In this document: positions 49,650 to 60,298 of the stretch, in pieces | How the letters are laid out: each line of letters begins with the position of its first letter | Numbering within the stretch: position 1 is the stretch's first letter | From: Chiloscyllium plagiosum | Lineage: Eukaryota | Direction of reading: 5' to 3' | Length of the DNA stretch: 60,298 nucleotides | Assembly: GCF_004010195.1 (NCBI RefSeq) | Contig: NC_057751.1 | Span: forward strand, 19,306,300 to 19,366,597 | Program-made: the position numbers and the translations under genes | Notes under the pieces: generated by a model | Seen by the model: only the letters and a program-made list of their open reading frames with translations | What the model was told of the DNA's origin: nothing | Databases searched by the model: none

Positions 49650-50330
49650 CTGTGGAGAGAGGGATAAAACAAAATAACCATCTTCAGATAACTACATGAA
49701 GCAATCGGTTTTATTTTTACACACTACAAACACCATTACAACTGGTTTGGCTTTAATTCTGATTTTGCCCAGGTTCTAGTTGCAATAGTGACGTGGTAAA
49801 ATTCTTTTAGGTCAGATTGTATTCAGTGAGTCATTTTGTACCACCCAGATGATGAATAATTTAAAGAGCTTCATAACACTTGGGCACCAACAGTGCTTCA
49901 AGAATAATACCCTGCATCAGCTTCTCAAAGGCAAGGGCTGGGTTAATAAATGCTGGCCTTGCCAGGAATAACAGGAAAATTGATTTAAGTAAACACATCA
50001 ATTATGAATGCAGCCATGGACAAAGTGGTCATATATGGCATGGGTAAATTCAGTGGACTGTACCATTAACAATTCAGCTGCCCATATAGTGTTCACACAA
50101 TCCTCAAGTAGGATTCCTGTTAACCATTGTGTTTTTATTGAGGTGGTTTGAATGGGGAGACCATCCCTCTGCCAAAACTTTTCTTCTCTGAAAACAGGTC
50201 TTCAACCCTTGTTCCCCTTCCCGAGGGGATACAGCAAGAAGACTTGCTATTTACAGATAAGATATATCAGGACTGTCCCATTTGCAGTGCGATGACCTCC
50301 AGTTTATGTGATGGTGAGTTTAAAACTTAC

Positions 50331-50410
50331 CTCTGTCCATCTACGGTACACAGAGACACCCCCCATAGATCCGGGCTGAACTTTGCCAGCTGTGGGATAT
50401 AGTCTGCAAC
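50331..50410 (-). CDS. GLS2: glutaminase exon 5: [26 protein letters not shown](R)
   Basis: 80 bp, cag| and |gtaag; YIPQL motif. Confidence 0.96.
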
Positions 50411-50620
50411 CTGTGAATGATACAATTGCTTTTAAGCCTGGGTATAGGAGACTTTAAGACAACAACAGCAACCTATATTTATATAATGCCTTTAATGGAG
50501 AAACACATTCCCAAAGTGCTAAATAGAGCAATATGGAAAACAGATACTTAGCCAAAGTCAGAGATAACAGAAGATATCAAAGGCTTGGTCAAACAGCTAC
50601 ATTTCAAAGACAGTCTTAAA

Positions 50621-50825
50621 CTTCAAAGTTTGTGCGAAGATTTGGTGCACCCGTTTGTGCTCGGGTGCTCGTTGTTGTGGTTCTGTTCGCCGAGCTGGAA
50701 GTTTTTGTTGCAAACGTTTCGTCCCCTGGCTTCACAGGAGGCTCCCAAGCACTGATGATGTCGCCTAGCCAGGGGACGAAACGTTTGCAACAAAAACTTC
50801 CAGCTCGGCGAACAGAACCACAACA
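50621..50825. mobile_element. Penelope terminal-repeat fold-back insert
   Basis: Perfect 61-bp inverted arms at 50671-50731 and 50767-50827. TSD acagtcttaaa at 50610-50620 and 50826-50836. Same family as 1647-2144. Confidence 0.85.
50749..50788 (+). ncRNA. minimal type I hammerhead ribozyme motif
   Basis: GCA-CUGAUGA-U-GUCGCCU-agcc-AGGGGAC-GAAAC-GUU|UGC. Activity untested. Confidence 0.65.
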
Positions 50826-51171
50826 ACAGTCTTAAAATGTGGAGTGGGTGTTTGTGTAACTTAGAGGATTTCAGAGCTTGAGGTCCAATTGGTTGTAGGT
50901 GAAATTGCTATGTCATAAAAGATCATAGAATTAGAGTATTCAAGAATGTAATAATAACCTGAAGTTAAATCCACAAGTAGGGAGCATTTAGCCATGATTT
51001 AGCATACCTTCTCACCATGTGGGATAATCACCTAATACCAGAACCAAATTTGATGTCAATTGATGTTGGACCCCATTGACATAAATTGTAGTCAAAATCA
51101 CCTGCTTACACTCTCCAAGGAATTCTGCAATTATCTACAACACACTGTAAATCTAATTTTTCATGCCTTAC

Positions 51172-51301
51172 CTTACCAGAGGTCTTCTTTCTTGCATTCT
51201 CATAAAGCCGGTTTATGTGTGAGGAAAATACTTCAAAGTCGGGAATGACAAATTTTTTCCTGAAGGCCTGGGTAAGCAGTACAATGTTACTCCCAAAGAC
51301 C
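51172..51301 (-). CDS. GLS2: glutaminase exon 4: (K)[43 protein letters not shown]
   Basis: 130 bp, taag| and |gtaag. Confidence 0.95.
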
Positions 51302-52097
51302 CTTAACCAGAAAGACAATTGGTGAAAACAATCAGCACAGCTGACCCGTATGGTGTAGAACAACAAAGGTGCATTCACATTTCAAATTCAGAGTCAGCAC
51401 AAAGAAGTAATTACTTCACTCCAGTGCCAAAGGTAGCGTAAAAGCAACTCAAAGATAAAATCTCTATTTTTACTCTCTAAATGCTGTCAATCATAAAGCT
51501 ACATTCTTATTCAACAGTAAAGATATGATAGTGAATCATAATTTCAATAGATGTCATTCCACTTTGTACCATCTCCAGCATCCTGAATAAACCCGTGAAT
51601 GCAGTGACTTAGTTCCTTCAATTATCAAAATCATGCTTGTTGAGATCCAAGAGCAAGTAGAAACAACTTTAATTGAAGTAAAACTCCTAATATGTTTTTA
51701 GTTAACTAATTTAGCGGTTGACTATAGTAGCTATAGGTTCAGTGCAATAATTGGAGAGAGTCTAAAGGATCTGGTAACTCCTGGGTCAATGTTTCGGTTA
51801 ACTATTTTGCTCACCATTCCTTTTTCAAACATATCTAATTTTAAATCTCCTATGTGAACCACTTTATTTGCTTTGTTTCCTGAATGAGAAGCAAAAGCTG
51901 TGATTTCAGATAACTTTGTCCCTCAGGGTGTACAACTTCAGTCACCCAAGTAGGGTTACCAACTCTGGATACATTCCTTAAGGTTTCATTATTTGACTTT
52001 AAACTACCCCGGCACTCTACCAACCTTGCCATTGGTCCATCTTTCAAATGCACAGTTTTTCCATGCTAATTGGAAAGGGAAGAAAATTGTATTAATC

Positions 52098-52559
52098 TTG
52101 ACTGTTCATGAAACAGCCTATCCCTCTGGCATGTTATATATTTTAATAAGTAATAAATGAAATGGTCAAAGAATACTTTATTAAAATAAAGTTCCATGAT
52201 TTTTTTTCTGGGTTGACATGAGGAAGAACTTTTTTATATATTGAGTGGTAATGTCTTTGAACATAGTCCCCATCAGGCGAGTGGAAGCAGAGAGGATGGC
52301 ATGAATTGAAAAGGAAATTGAAGGGGCACTTGAGGGAAATAAACTTACAGAATGGATTACTTTAGAGGAACAGCAAGAATTTGATGGGTCAAAATGGGCT
52401 TCTCGTATGCTATTATGACTCTAATACTCTATGCTGCGAGCAACCTAGAAAAAGAATTCATGGAACTTTATTTTAATAAAGTATTCTTTGACCATTTCAT
52501 TTATTACTTATTAAAATATATAACATGCCAGAGGGATAGGCTGTTTCATGAACAGTCAA
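52098..52559. repeat. perfect 102-bp inverted repeat (52098-52199 / 52458-52559) around a CR1 3' remnant
   Basis: Base-by-base reverse-complement match. Confidence 0.95.
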
Positions 52560-55053
52560 CATATTTTGCTCCAAGCCTGAATATGTATCCTCTAGTTTTT
52601 TTTTACTTTATCTAAACCACTCATCATTTTGTACACCTCTATTAGATCTCCCTTCAACTTCTTTGCTCAAAGTAAGCAGTATCCAGAAAATTAATCTTCA
52701 ATTCCAGAAGATGTCAGGGTAATTTGGAGAGTGTTGAAAATCTACCACTCATTGTCAACCATCAGCACCTTTTCAGGACATGTGTTTTGCTAAAATAGTT
52801 TAAATACGTTCTTTGGTTTTTGCTGCAAGGAAAAGAATTTGTACTGCCCTCTGGAATAGATTCCTTCATTAAAAATGACTAGTTATGTTTGAAAAGGCTA
52901 AAGTCACAGATATATACAATTGCAAAACAATGTGCAGTGAAGTGTATCCATAAATGAATTCTGAGCCATTTTTTTATAGCTGGTTTATTTGCTACTATAA
53001 GAACCTGGCTGTCCTACAGAACAAGATTTGATTCCAATTATGACATCTAATGAGAAGATTAAATATAAACTCAGCCCTTGAAATATGAGCATCATGTGAT
53101 AGGTTGATTTATAACCTTTCCAGCAACAGCAGGTCCAGGGCACTGGAGGGTCAGTACTATCATTTGAAGAATATCCTTGAGGCCTACATGTGCTCACTTA
53201 AACACATTGCAGCTCACACATTTGACAGGTCTTTGTGGTTGAAGCTGTTATAAACACCCTCTGTTAAGTACCTGATCAGAGACACCCAAGCACAAAGCTG
53301 TGTCGTTGCATTTCACTGAATATTTTAAAGCCCCTCACCTCACAAAATTAATGATGAGAAAATTGGAGGGGAAAAGGGACTAAAGGAAAAAAAAATCACA
53401 CCAAGCATGATATACAAAATAAAGCTTACACTTAGGGTAGTTTTGTTGAACCCAAACACCACATCAAAACAAGATTGTGTGCCCTTGCAAAAAAAAACTA
53501 GCATTGCCAATAGAATTATATCCCAGTGCTATGGTTCAAACATGGAGTTGTGGGAAAGACCAGTATGGATTTAGGAGGTGTCAAGGATTGAGAGGAAAAG
53601 GATTTGGAAGGCTAAAGAATTTAAGGGTGTAACATTTGAGGAAAAGGGTGATGATTTGAAAAGAGAGAGGTACAATACTTAAAGAGAGGGAACTATCTAT
53701 AATATCTGCTAGCAAGAGGGCCAGGAAGGTAAATTGGGTAGTCAACATTTAGTGGGAATAAGATCAATAAAGCAGGAGGTGCATCCAATGTATATCTTTT
53801 CCAGATTGGAGACAAGATGAGACTCCAGAAGCCTATCTTGGAAAAGACAAGATAGAACATGTTTCAGTGACAAATGTCTAAGCGGCTCATTTAAAGTGTT
53901 CATTTAAAAACATCTGTTCACCGTCTTGAGGGAGCTGTATGAAGCAGTGACACTAGTTCCATGGGTGAGATGTGCCTTTCAGATCTCTCCCAACTGACTG
54001 TTTTGCATATATCAGCCAAAACAGTGAGTGTCAGCATATTTTTTAACATAGGAAGGTCACAGACAATACACACACAAGGGCCTTCATGAGTGTATCAGGA
54101 GCACAACTGCCTACTTCATCCTTCGCCAGGAGGTTGAAACTGAGATCTACTAAGACCTTTACAATCCTTGTAATGAGTTTTACAGCTCCCTCAGCACGTT
54201 TAAATATTGAGGGCACATAAAATAAAGCAGGTGGCGAACCTACCATTCTTCCTGACCACTCCTGAGCTGCCGTCATATTATGGGAGGGTAAGGGAGATAA
54301 GTTATGGGGTAGCCTGCCCAACCTTGGGCCTGCTGGTCCTTAAGATGCCAATAAATGGCCATTTAAGGACTTCAAACCATCTCCACTATAATAATACATG
54401 CTGCCGGGGAAGGCAAAAGGAAGATAGCCAGTTCATACCTTTCACAGCTTGGGCTAAAATGTGGAAAAGGTGGGGGGGGGGGGCGGGTGCAGTTTCCTCC
54501 TTTGGGGGGGAAATCTCCCACTTTGTGCCTCAAACCCTTACCTTTAACTCTAGGAGACATTTTCATCTTCTTGGGACTGCCTGTAGTCTTCACTGACCAC
54601 TAGATTCTGGTGCCACTGGGACTACTCAGTAGCAGGCCAGTCAGATTGGCTGGCACTTCATGTCCCTTTGTTTCTATTATACAATATATTACGATAAAGT
54701 GCTAAGATGTTTAAGGAGTACATTGACATTTACTTTGAAAATATTTCACTATCCCACCCTATGTGCAAAGGGATAGTCAAAATTTCTGGTGTGGAATTCT
54801 GTAGGGAGCCAGTGATCCCTTTGAGCAAGCACCTTCTGCCAATCCCTGCAACTGAATAAATTACATATGTAGGGGCTTCTAGTTTCCCCTGGATTCAACA
54901 TAAAAGAAAGATCAAGGAAGAAGTGCAGATGTTGGGTAAAACTGTCTCTCCAAATTCTGTTCAAGCTTTGCAGCCATACTTCACTCATCTCTATCCCACA
55001 TTCCCCTTTTACTGGAATAATGTGCCTATCATATTATGATGTGGAGCGGCCAG

Positions 55054-55142
55054 TCAACCACCTGATAAAGGAGCAGCGCTCCGAACGCTAGTGCGTCCAA
55101 ATAAACCTGTTGGACCATAATCTGGTGTTGTGTGAGTTTTAA
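55054..55142 (+). mobile_element. Penelope-associated short repeat with degenerate hammerhead core
   Basis: cctgataaaggagcagcgctccgaacgctag...aataaacctgttggac. Confidence 0.6.
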
Positions 55143-55215
55143 CCCCATCATATTAGCATTCCATTTTCTCCTGACTCAAATCAGACTTGTGTTGAGCTGA
55201 CCTGTAAACACAGTA

Positions 55216-55510
55216 TTAGATTAGATTAGATTCCCTACAGTGTGGAAACAGGCCGTTCGGCCCAACAAGTCCACACTGACCCTCCAAAGAGTAACCCACC
55301 CAGACCCATTTCCCTCTGACTAATGCACCTAACAGTACGGTACAATTTAGCGTGGCCAATTCACCTGATCTGCATATCTTTGGACTGTAGGAGGAAACCC
55401 ACGCAGACACGGGGGAGAATGTGCAAACTCCACACAGACAGTCACCCGAGGCTGGGATTGGACCTGGGACCCTGGTGCTGGGAGGCAGCAATGCTAACCA
55501 CTGAGCCCAC
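55216..55510 (-). mobile_element. HE1-type V-SINE
   Basis: V-domain, (attag)n tail. Confidence 0.85.
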
Positions 55511-55577
55511 AAAGCAATGTGCCAATGCTGATACAGCACTGCAAATATCACACACTCGCCAATCTCGGCACTACACT

Positions 55578-55651
55578 TGGTCAGTGTGGGCACTGAATCC
55601 ATGACCTTGGCCTTATTAGCACCATGCTTTAACCATCTGAGCTAACCGACC
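55578..55651 (-). pseudogene. tRNA-Ile(AAT) pseudogene
   Basis: GGTCGGTTAGCTCAGATGGTTAAAGCATGGTGCT-AAT-AAGGCCAAGGTCATGGATTCAGTGCCCACACTGACCA. Acceptor stem pairs fully; D, anticodon and T stems have mismatches; B box is damaged. Confidence 0.75.
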
Positions 55652-56181
55652 AACGTATGTTGGTTTGAGAGTCGTGTGACCTGTTGCAATATCTAATATA
55701 CAGTAATTGTATCTGCAGTCCTTAAATGAGATGCAGACCAGCTCGCATTACTGACCTACCAATTGACTGGTAAGCCCCAAAACTCCTCCCCATCGTTCAT
55801 GACATTTTACAGCCATTGGTTGGCTCTTACTTACAATTTCTAAAAGTGTCTACACCTAAAATTTTAAAGCCGTTCAGCTCCCAAACAGTTTCTGTCTGTC
55901 TTCACTGGGGTTAGCTATGCTTTCGTTGTTAACATTTTTTTTTCTCTCAAAGCTAGTTCCTCGAATGTTTATTTTCTATCTTTCCTGCCTTAACTACACC
56001 AGGCCACTTTCTTTAGCAAGATTAAAATGTTAAAAAGCTCAAATTATTGAATTTGTATTTTTCCCTGAGCTGTTGGTGGGATTAGAGAATACAGTTTTGG
56101 GTTATCTGGAAACATTAGTCTCTTATAAAAAAAGTCTCCTTGGAAATAAAACAGAAGACTCAATGGGATAGGTTACTCATA

Positions 56182-56937
56182 GAAAAAGTGAGGACTGCAG
56201 ATGCTGGAGATCAGAGTCAAGTCTGGTGCTGGAAAAGCACAGCAGGTCAGGCAGCATCCGAGGGGCAGGAAAGTCGACGTTATGGGCAATAGCCCTTTGT
56301 CAGGAATGAGGTTTGTGAGCCAAGGGGGTGGAGAGATAAATGAGAGAGAGGTGGGGCTGGGGGGAAGATAGCTGAGAGTGCGATAGGTAGATGGAGGTAG
56401 GGGTAATGGTGATAGGCGGAGGGGAGGGTGGAGCGAATAGGTGGGAAGGAAGATGGACAAGTCATGAGGGCAGTGCTGAGTTGGAAGGTTGGATCTGGGA
56501 TGAGGTGGGGGGAGGGGAAGTGAGGAAACTGGTGAAATCCACATCGATGCCGTGTGGTTGGAGGGATGGGGTTCGAGGGCAGATGTGTGGGAAGTGGGTG
56601 AGTTGCACTGGAGGGCATCATCAATCACATGAGGGGAAATTGCAGTCTTTGAAGAAGGAGGCCATCTGGTGTGTTCTGTGGTGGAACTGGTCCTCCTGGG
56701 AGCAGATGCGGTGGAGGTGGAGGAATTGGGAAGAAGGAGGCATTTTTACAGGAGGCAGGGTGGGTGGAGGTGTAGTCCAGGTAGCTGTGGGAGTTGGTGG
56801 GTTTGTAGAAAATGTCCATGTGGAGTCGGTCACCATTGATGGACATGGAAAGGTCCAGGAAGGAGAGGGAGGTGTCCAAGATGGTCCAGGTGAACTTAAG
56901 GTCCGGGTGGAATGTGTTGGTGAAGTTGATGAACTCA
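56182..56937 (-). mobile_element. Penelope-like fragment (RT thumb plus terminal repeat)
   Basis: SFLDLSMSINGDRLHMDIFYKPTNSHSYLDYTSTHP. Degenerate hammerhead near 56275-56303. Confidence 0.85.
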
Positions 56938-57189
56938 TAGAGGCCACCAGAGCAAATTTAGACTTGGTCATGATTATGACATTTGAACAATTGGAGTTCT
57001 TTTGAGTGTGAATGGCTGTTTTGAAATCCACCTGTTGTGCAACCAACCAACTCCAAGAGTTCAGAACCCATCAACTCCCAATCCAGCTGCAACCAAAGGA
57101 AGAGTGAATGTCAGGAAAGGAGAGGAGGGGAGCTTTGTTTTTAAAATGAATGAATGACTTAGTAATGATAATGTGTAATAAATTAGTAC

Positions 57190-57311
57190 TTTCTGAAGAG
57201 ATGTCTGTCCAGGGTAATTCCACTTGAGGAACTCTGTACTGTTTGACGCAGAAGATCCATGCAGTATTTAAGCCGGGGGTCAGAGGTCAGCAGTCCTGTT
57301 GACTTCAGTGC
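57190..57311 (-). CDS. GLS2: glutaminase exon 3: [40 protein letters not shown](K)
   Basis: 122 bp, tacag| and |gtact. VQxSSSG..LDR.LFRK is GLS2-like. Exons 1-2 were not found in the window. Confidence 0.94.
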
Positions 57312-58519
57312 CTGTAATTGGAAAAGAAAGGGCAAAAGTGAGATGATATTTGAATCAAATGACATGAACTGCAATGAGTTATCTGGAAGCAGAAATCATG
57401 TTTTGAAATTAGTGCTATTTCTTCAATGAATGACATCAATTTATCAGGATTTCAAAAGAAGATAAAATAAGAACAGCAATATTTTATTTCATTTTAGTTT
57501 TTGAAACTTTTTCAGGAAAAGTTCCCTTTTATCCCCCCTCACCAACTTTCTCTCTGCCTGCTCTCTTCTCTCCTGAAGGTGCTGACTTCTTGCTGGGGTA
57601 AGATTTCACCTGACATTTCATCCCAGGTATTCATCCTTCAGGAAAATAATCTGGATACTTGAATAATGATAGGCTATTCAACACTGCTGGACATCACAGC
57701 CATCTAATTCTCATCTGATTTCCATATGTGTGCACTTCAAGCAGAAGTTATTAGACAGCCATCAAGTGCAATCATCCTGGCTAATTTATCTCTCTCCCAG
57801 AAAATTACTGTGCTCCTTCTGCCTCTTCAGCTGAGGTCAGTTAACTCAGCACATTTACTTTTAATAATTTGTTTTCATTACTTGTAATAAATATACATTT
57901 GAAGAGATTATAGAATGAGCTTAGATAGGAACAAGTACCTGTGGTACAGTGGTAGTGTCCCTGTCTCTGATCCAAGATGCCTGAGTTCAAGTTCCATTTG
58001 CTCTTGAGGTATGTCATAATGTTTATGAATAGGTTGATTAAAATGTATCTAGAAACAAATACCTGTTGCTACACAGCATTCTCAAACTGCAGTGTGAAAG
58101 AACAGTCACATTAAGTTCAAAGTCTTGTGTCATTCTTGTACACAGGGAGACAACAAGTCTGTTCCTTTAATGCCTGAGTCAATGACCGCACTCCCTGTTG
58201 TAGTATTAAGACATTCAGACCAGGTCAAATCATTTGTTTGTATTGAGTTGATACTAATAGTGTGGTTGCTACAATTACTCTCCAATTGCCTAAAGGAGAG
58301 CAAAACAAAATCAGCGTTCCTGGTTCTGATCACTATCCACTGGGTTCTATGGATTTGGAGGCATTAGATGGGAGCTTGCTATGATGACCATGCATAAAGA
58401 GTGATCACTTGGGTCAGGCTCTGTGTGTGACTAGCCCCCGTAGATCAAGCAGGTCCACTGCTTGACATGTTTGACTTCTATCTGACTAAGTCCTATTTAT
58501 TTGAACAGGATTTTTCCAG

Positions 58520-59160
58520 ACATGGAATATAATGTGGGAAAATGTGAGGTTTTTGAGAGGAAGAATAGAAAAACAATATTATTTAAAACAGAGAGAGAAA
58601 GACTGCAGAATTCTGATGTACAGAGGGATCGGAGTGTCCTTGTACATCACAAACGTTAGTATGCAGGTACAGCAAGTGGAATGCAAATGGAATGTTGACC
58701 TTTATTACTGGAGAGATGGGATGTAAAAGTAGGGAACTCTTGCTACAACTGTACAGGGCAATGGTGAGACCACACCTGGGATATTGTGTACAGTTTTGAT
58801 CTTCTTACTTAAGAGGAGATATACTTGATTTGGAGGTAATTCAGAAAATGTTCACTGGACTGATGTTTAGGATAAAAGGGTTTGTATTATGAGGAAAGAT
58901 TGACCAGGTTGGGCCTATGTCAGTTGAACTTTAGAAGAATGAGAGGTGATCTTATTAAAATGAAAAAGATTCTGTTGGAGCTTCGACACTGTGGATGCTG
59001 AGAGGATGTTTCCCTATTGAGGGGTCTAGACTAGAGGACACAGTTTTGTAATAAAGGGTCTTCCAGTTACAAAGTAGTGAGGAGGAATTTCTATAATGGG
59101 TTGTTAGTCTTTGGAGTTCTGTCCTACAGAGAACAGTGGACTGTGAGTCATTCCCTATAC
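58520..59160 (+). mobile_element. decayed CR1 3' fragment
   Basis: LYRAMVRPHLGYCVQF...RRMRGDLI remnant. Confidence 0.8.
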
Positions 59161-59304
59161 TCTAGCCCCCAATAACCACATGGACAAGACATAACAGTCC
59201 CGTGATTATGAATTTAAGCCCAGGTGAAAACAGAAGTGCATCCAGTCCTTTTTGAAAAACAAGAACAGCTTAATGTATGCACACCATTGAATGCTAATTA
59301 CAGT

Positions 59305-60298
59305 CATTGAGTCATAGAGATCTACAGCATGGAAACAGACCCTTTGGTCCAACTCGTCCATGTTGACCACAGATCCCAACCCAAATCTAGTCCCACCTGC
59401 CAGCACCTAGCCCATATTCCTCCAAACCCATCCAAATGCCTTTTAAATGTTGTCATTGTACCAGCCTTCACCACTTCCTCTGGCAGCTCATTCCAGACAC
59501 GTACCACCCTCTACATGAAAATTTGCCCCTCAGGTCTCTTTTATATCTTGCCCCTCTCACTCTAAACCTATGCCCTTTAGTTCTTGTTTCCCCCACCCCA
59601 GGGAAAGGACTTTGTCTAATTATCCTACTCATGCCCCTCATAATTTTATAAACTTCTATAAGGTCACCCCCTCAGCCTCCGATGCACCAGAGAAAACAGC
59701 CCCAGCCTATTCAACCTCTCCCTATAGCTCAAACCCTCCAACCCTGGCAACATCCTTGTAAATCATTTCTGAACCCTTTCAAGTTTCACAACATCTTTCC
59801 GATAGGAAGGAGACCAGAATTGCACACAATTTTCCAAAAGTGGCCTAACCAATGTCCTGTACAGCCGCAACATGACCTCCAAACTCCTGTACTCAATACT
59901 CTGACCAATAAAGGAAAGCATACCAAACACCTTCTTCGCTATCCTATCGATCTGCAACTCTACTTTCAAGGAGCTATGAACCTGCACTGCAAGGTCTCTT
60001 TCTTCAGCAGCACTCCCCAGGACCTTACCATTAAGTGTACAAATCCTGCTAAGATTTGCTTTTCCAAAATGCAGCACCTTGCATTTATCAAGATTAAACT
60101 CCATCTGCCACTCCTCAACCCATTGGACAATCTGATTGAGATCCTGTTGTAATCTGAGGTAACCTTCTTCGTTGTACACTACACCTCCAATTTTGCAAAC
60201 TTGCTAACTATACCTCTTATGGTCACATCCAAATCATTTATATAAATGACGAAAAGTAGTGGATCCAGCACCGATCCTTGTGGCACTCCACTGGTCAC
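59305..60298 (-). mobile_element. CR1 LINE 3' part running off the window end
   Basis: ORF 59763-60179 (LQQDLNQIVQWVEEWQMEFN...LYRTLVRPLLENCVQFWSP). Confidence 0.9.

Noticed and set aside
51349..51366. Intronic LLFYTI, in frame with exon 4 and identical to a hexapeptide of glutaminase exon 2
   Set aside because: Wrong position (downstream of exon 3), no splice sites, and similarity collapses after six residues. A chance match of this size is plausible in about 40 kb of intron.
14932..57311. Calling the glutaminase GLS (kidney type)
   Set aside because: It has some GLS-like residues, but exons 3, 8, 10, 12, 15, 16 and 18, the PDZ-type end and the STAT2-like neighbour favour GLS2. A phylogeny is still needed.
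1..60298. CRISPR arrays, operons or other prokaryotic systems
   Set aside because: No regularly spaced repeat-spacer array; the window is intron-rich vertebrate DNA.

Overview
Eukaryotic, repeat-rich vertebrate DNA. The repeat content (HE1/V-SINEs, Deu-SINE, CR1, Rex-Babar, Tx1, Penelope) points to a cartilaginous fish, probably a shark; this is inference. Two spliced genes converge tail-to-tail. On the - strand, 16 consecutive GT-AG, phase-compatible coding exons (equivalent to exons 3-18; 57311 down to the stop at 14932) encode a GLS2-type glutaminase, and exons 1-2 lie beyond the window. On the + strand, the last three coding exons of a STAT2-like gene (388-439, 4702-4769, 7200-7237) are missed by the ORF track; they include the phospho-tyrosine motif KYLKTRLIVVS. 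The most distinctive hidden layer is a set of about 15 minimal hammerhead-ribozyme motifs (CUGANGA-stem II-GAAAC-GUH) carried by several Penelope-like element families, including ~90-nt TSD-flanked inserts and fold-back inserts. Other points: a GLS1-type allosteric loop and a C-terminal PDZ motif in the GLS2-like protein, a perfect 102-bp inverted duplication, an exact 42-bp copy of Gypsy sequence 1030 bp from its source, and a CpG-rich promoter-like island inside a GLS2 intron. Exon and TSD coordinates were read base by base; old repeat boundaries are approximate. All family assignments come from recognition, not database searches.
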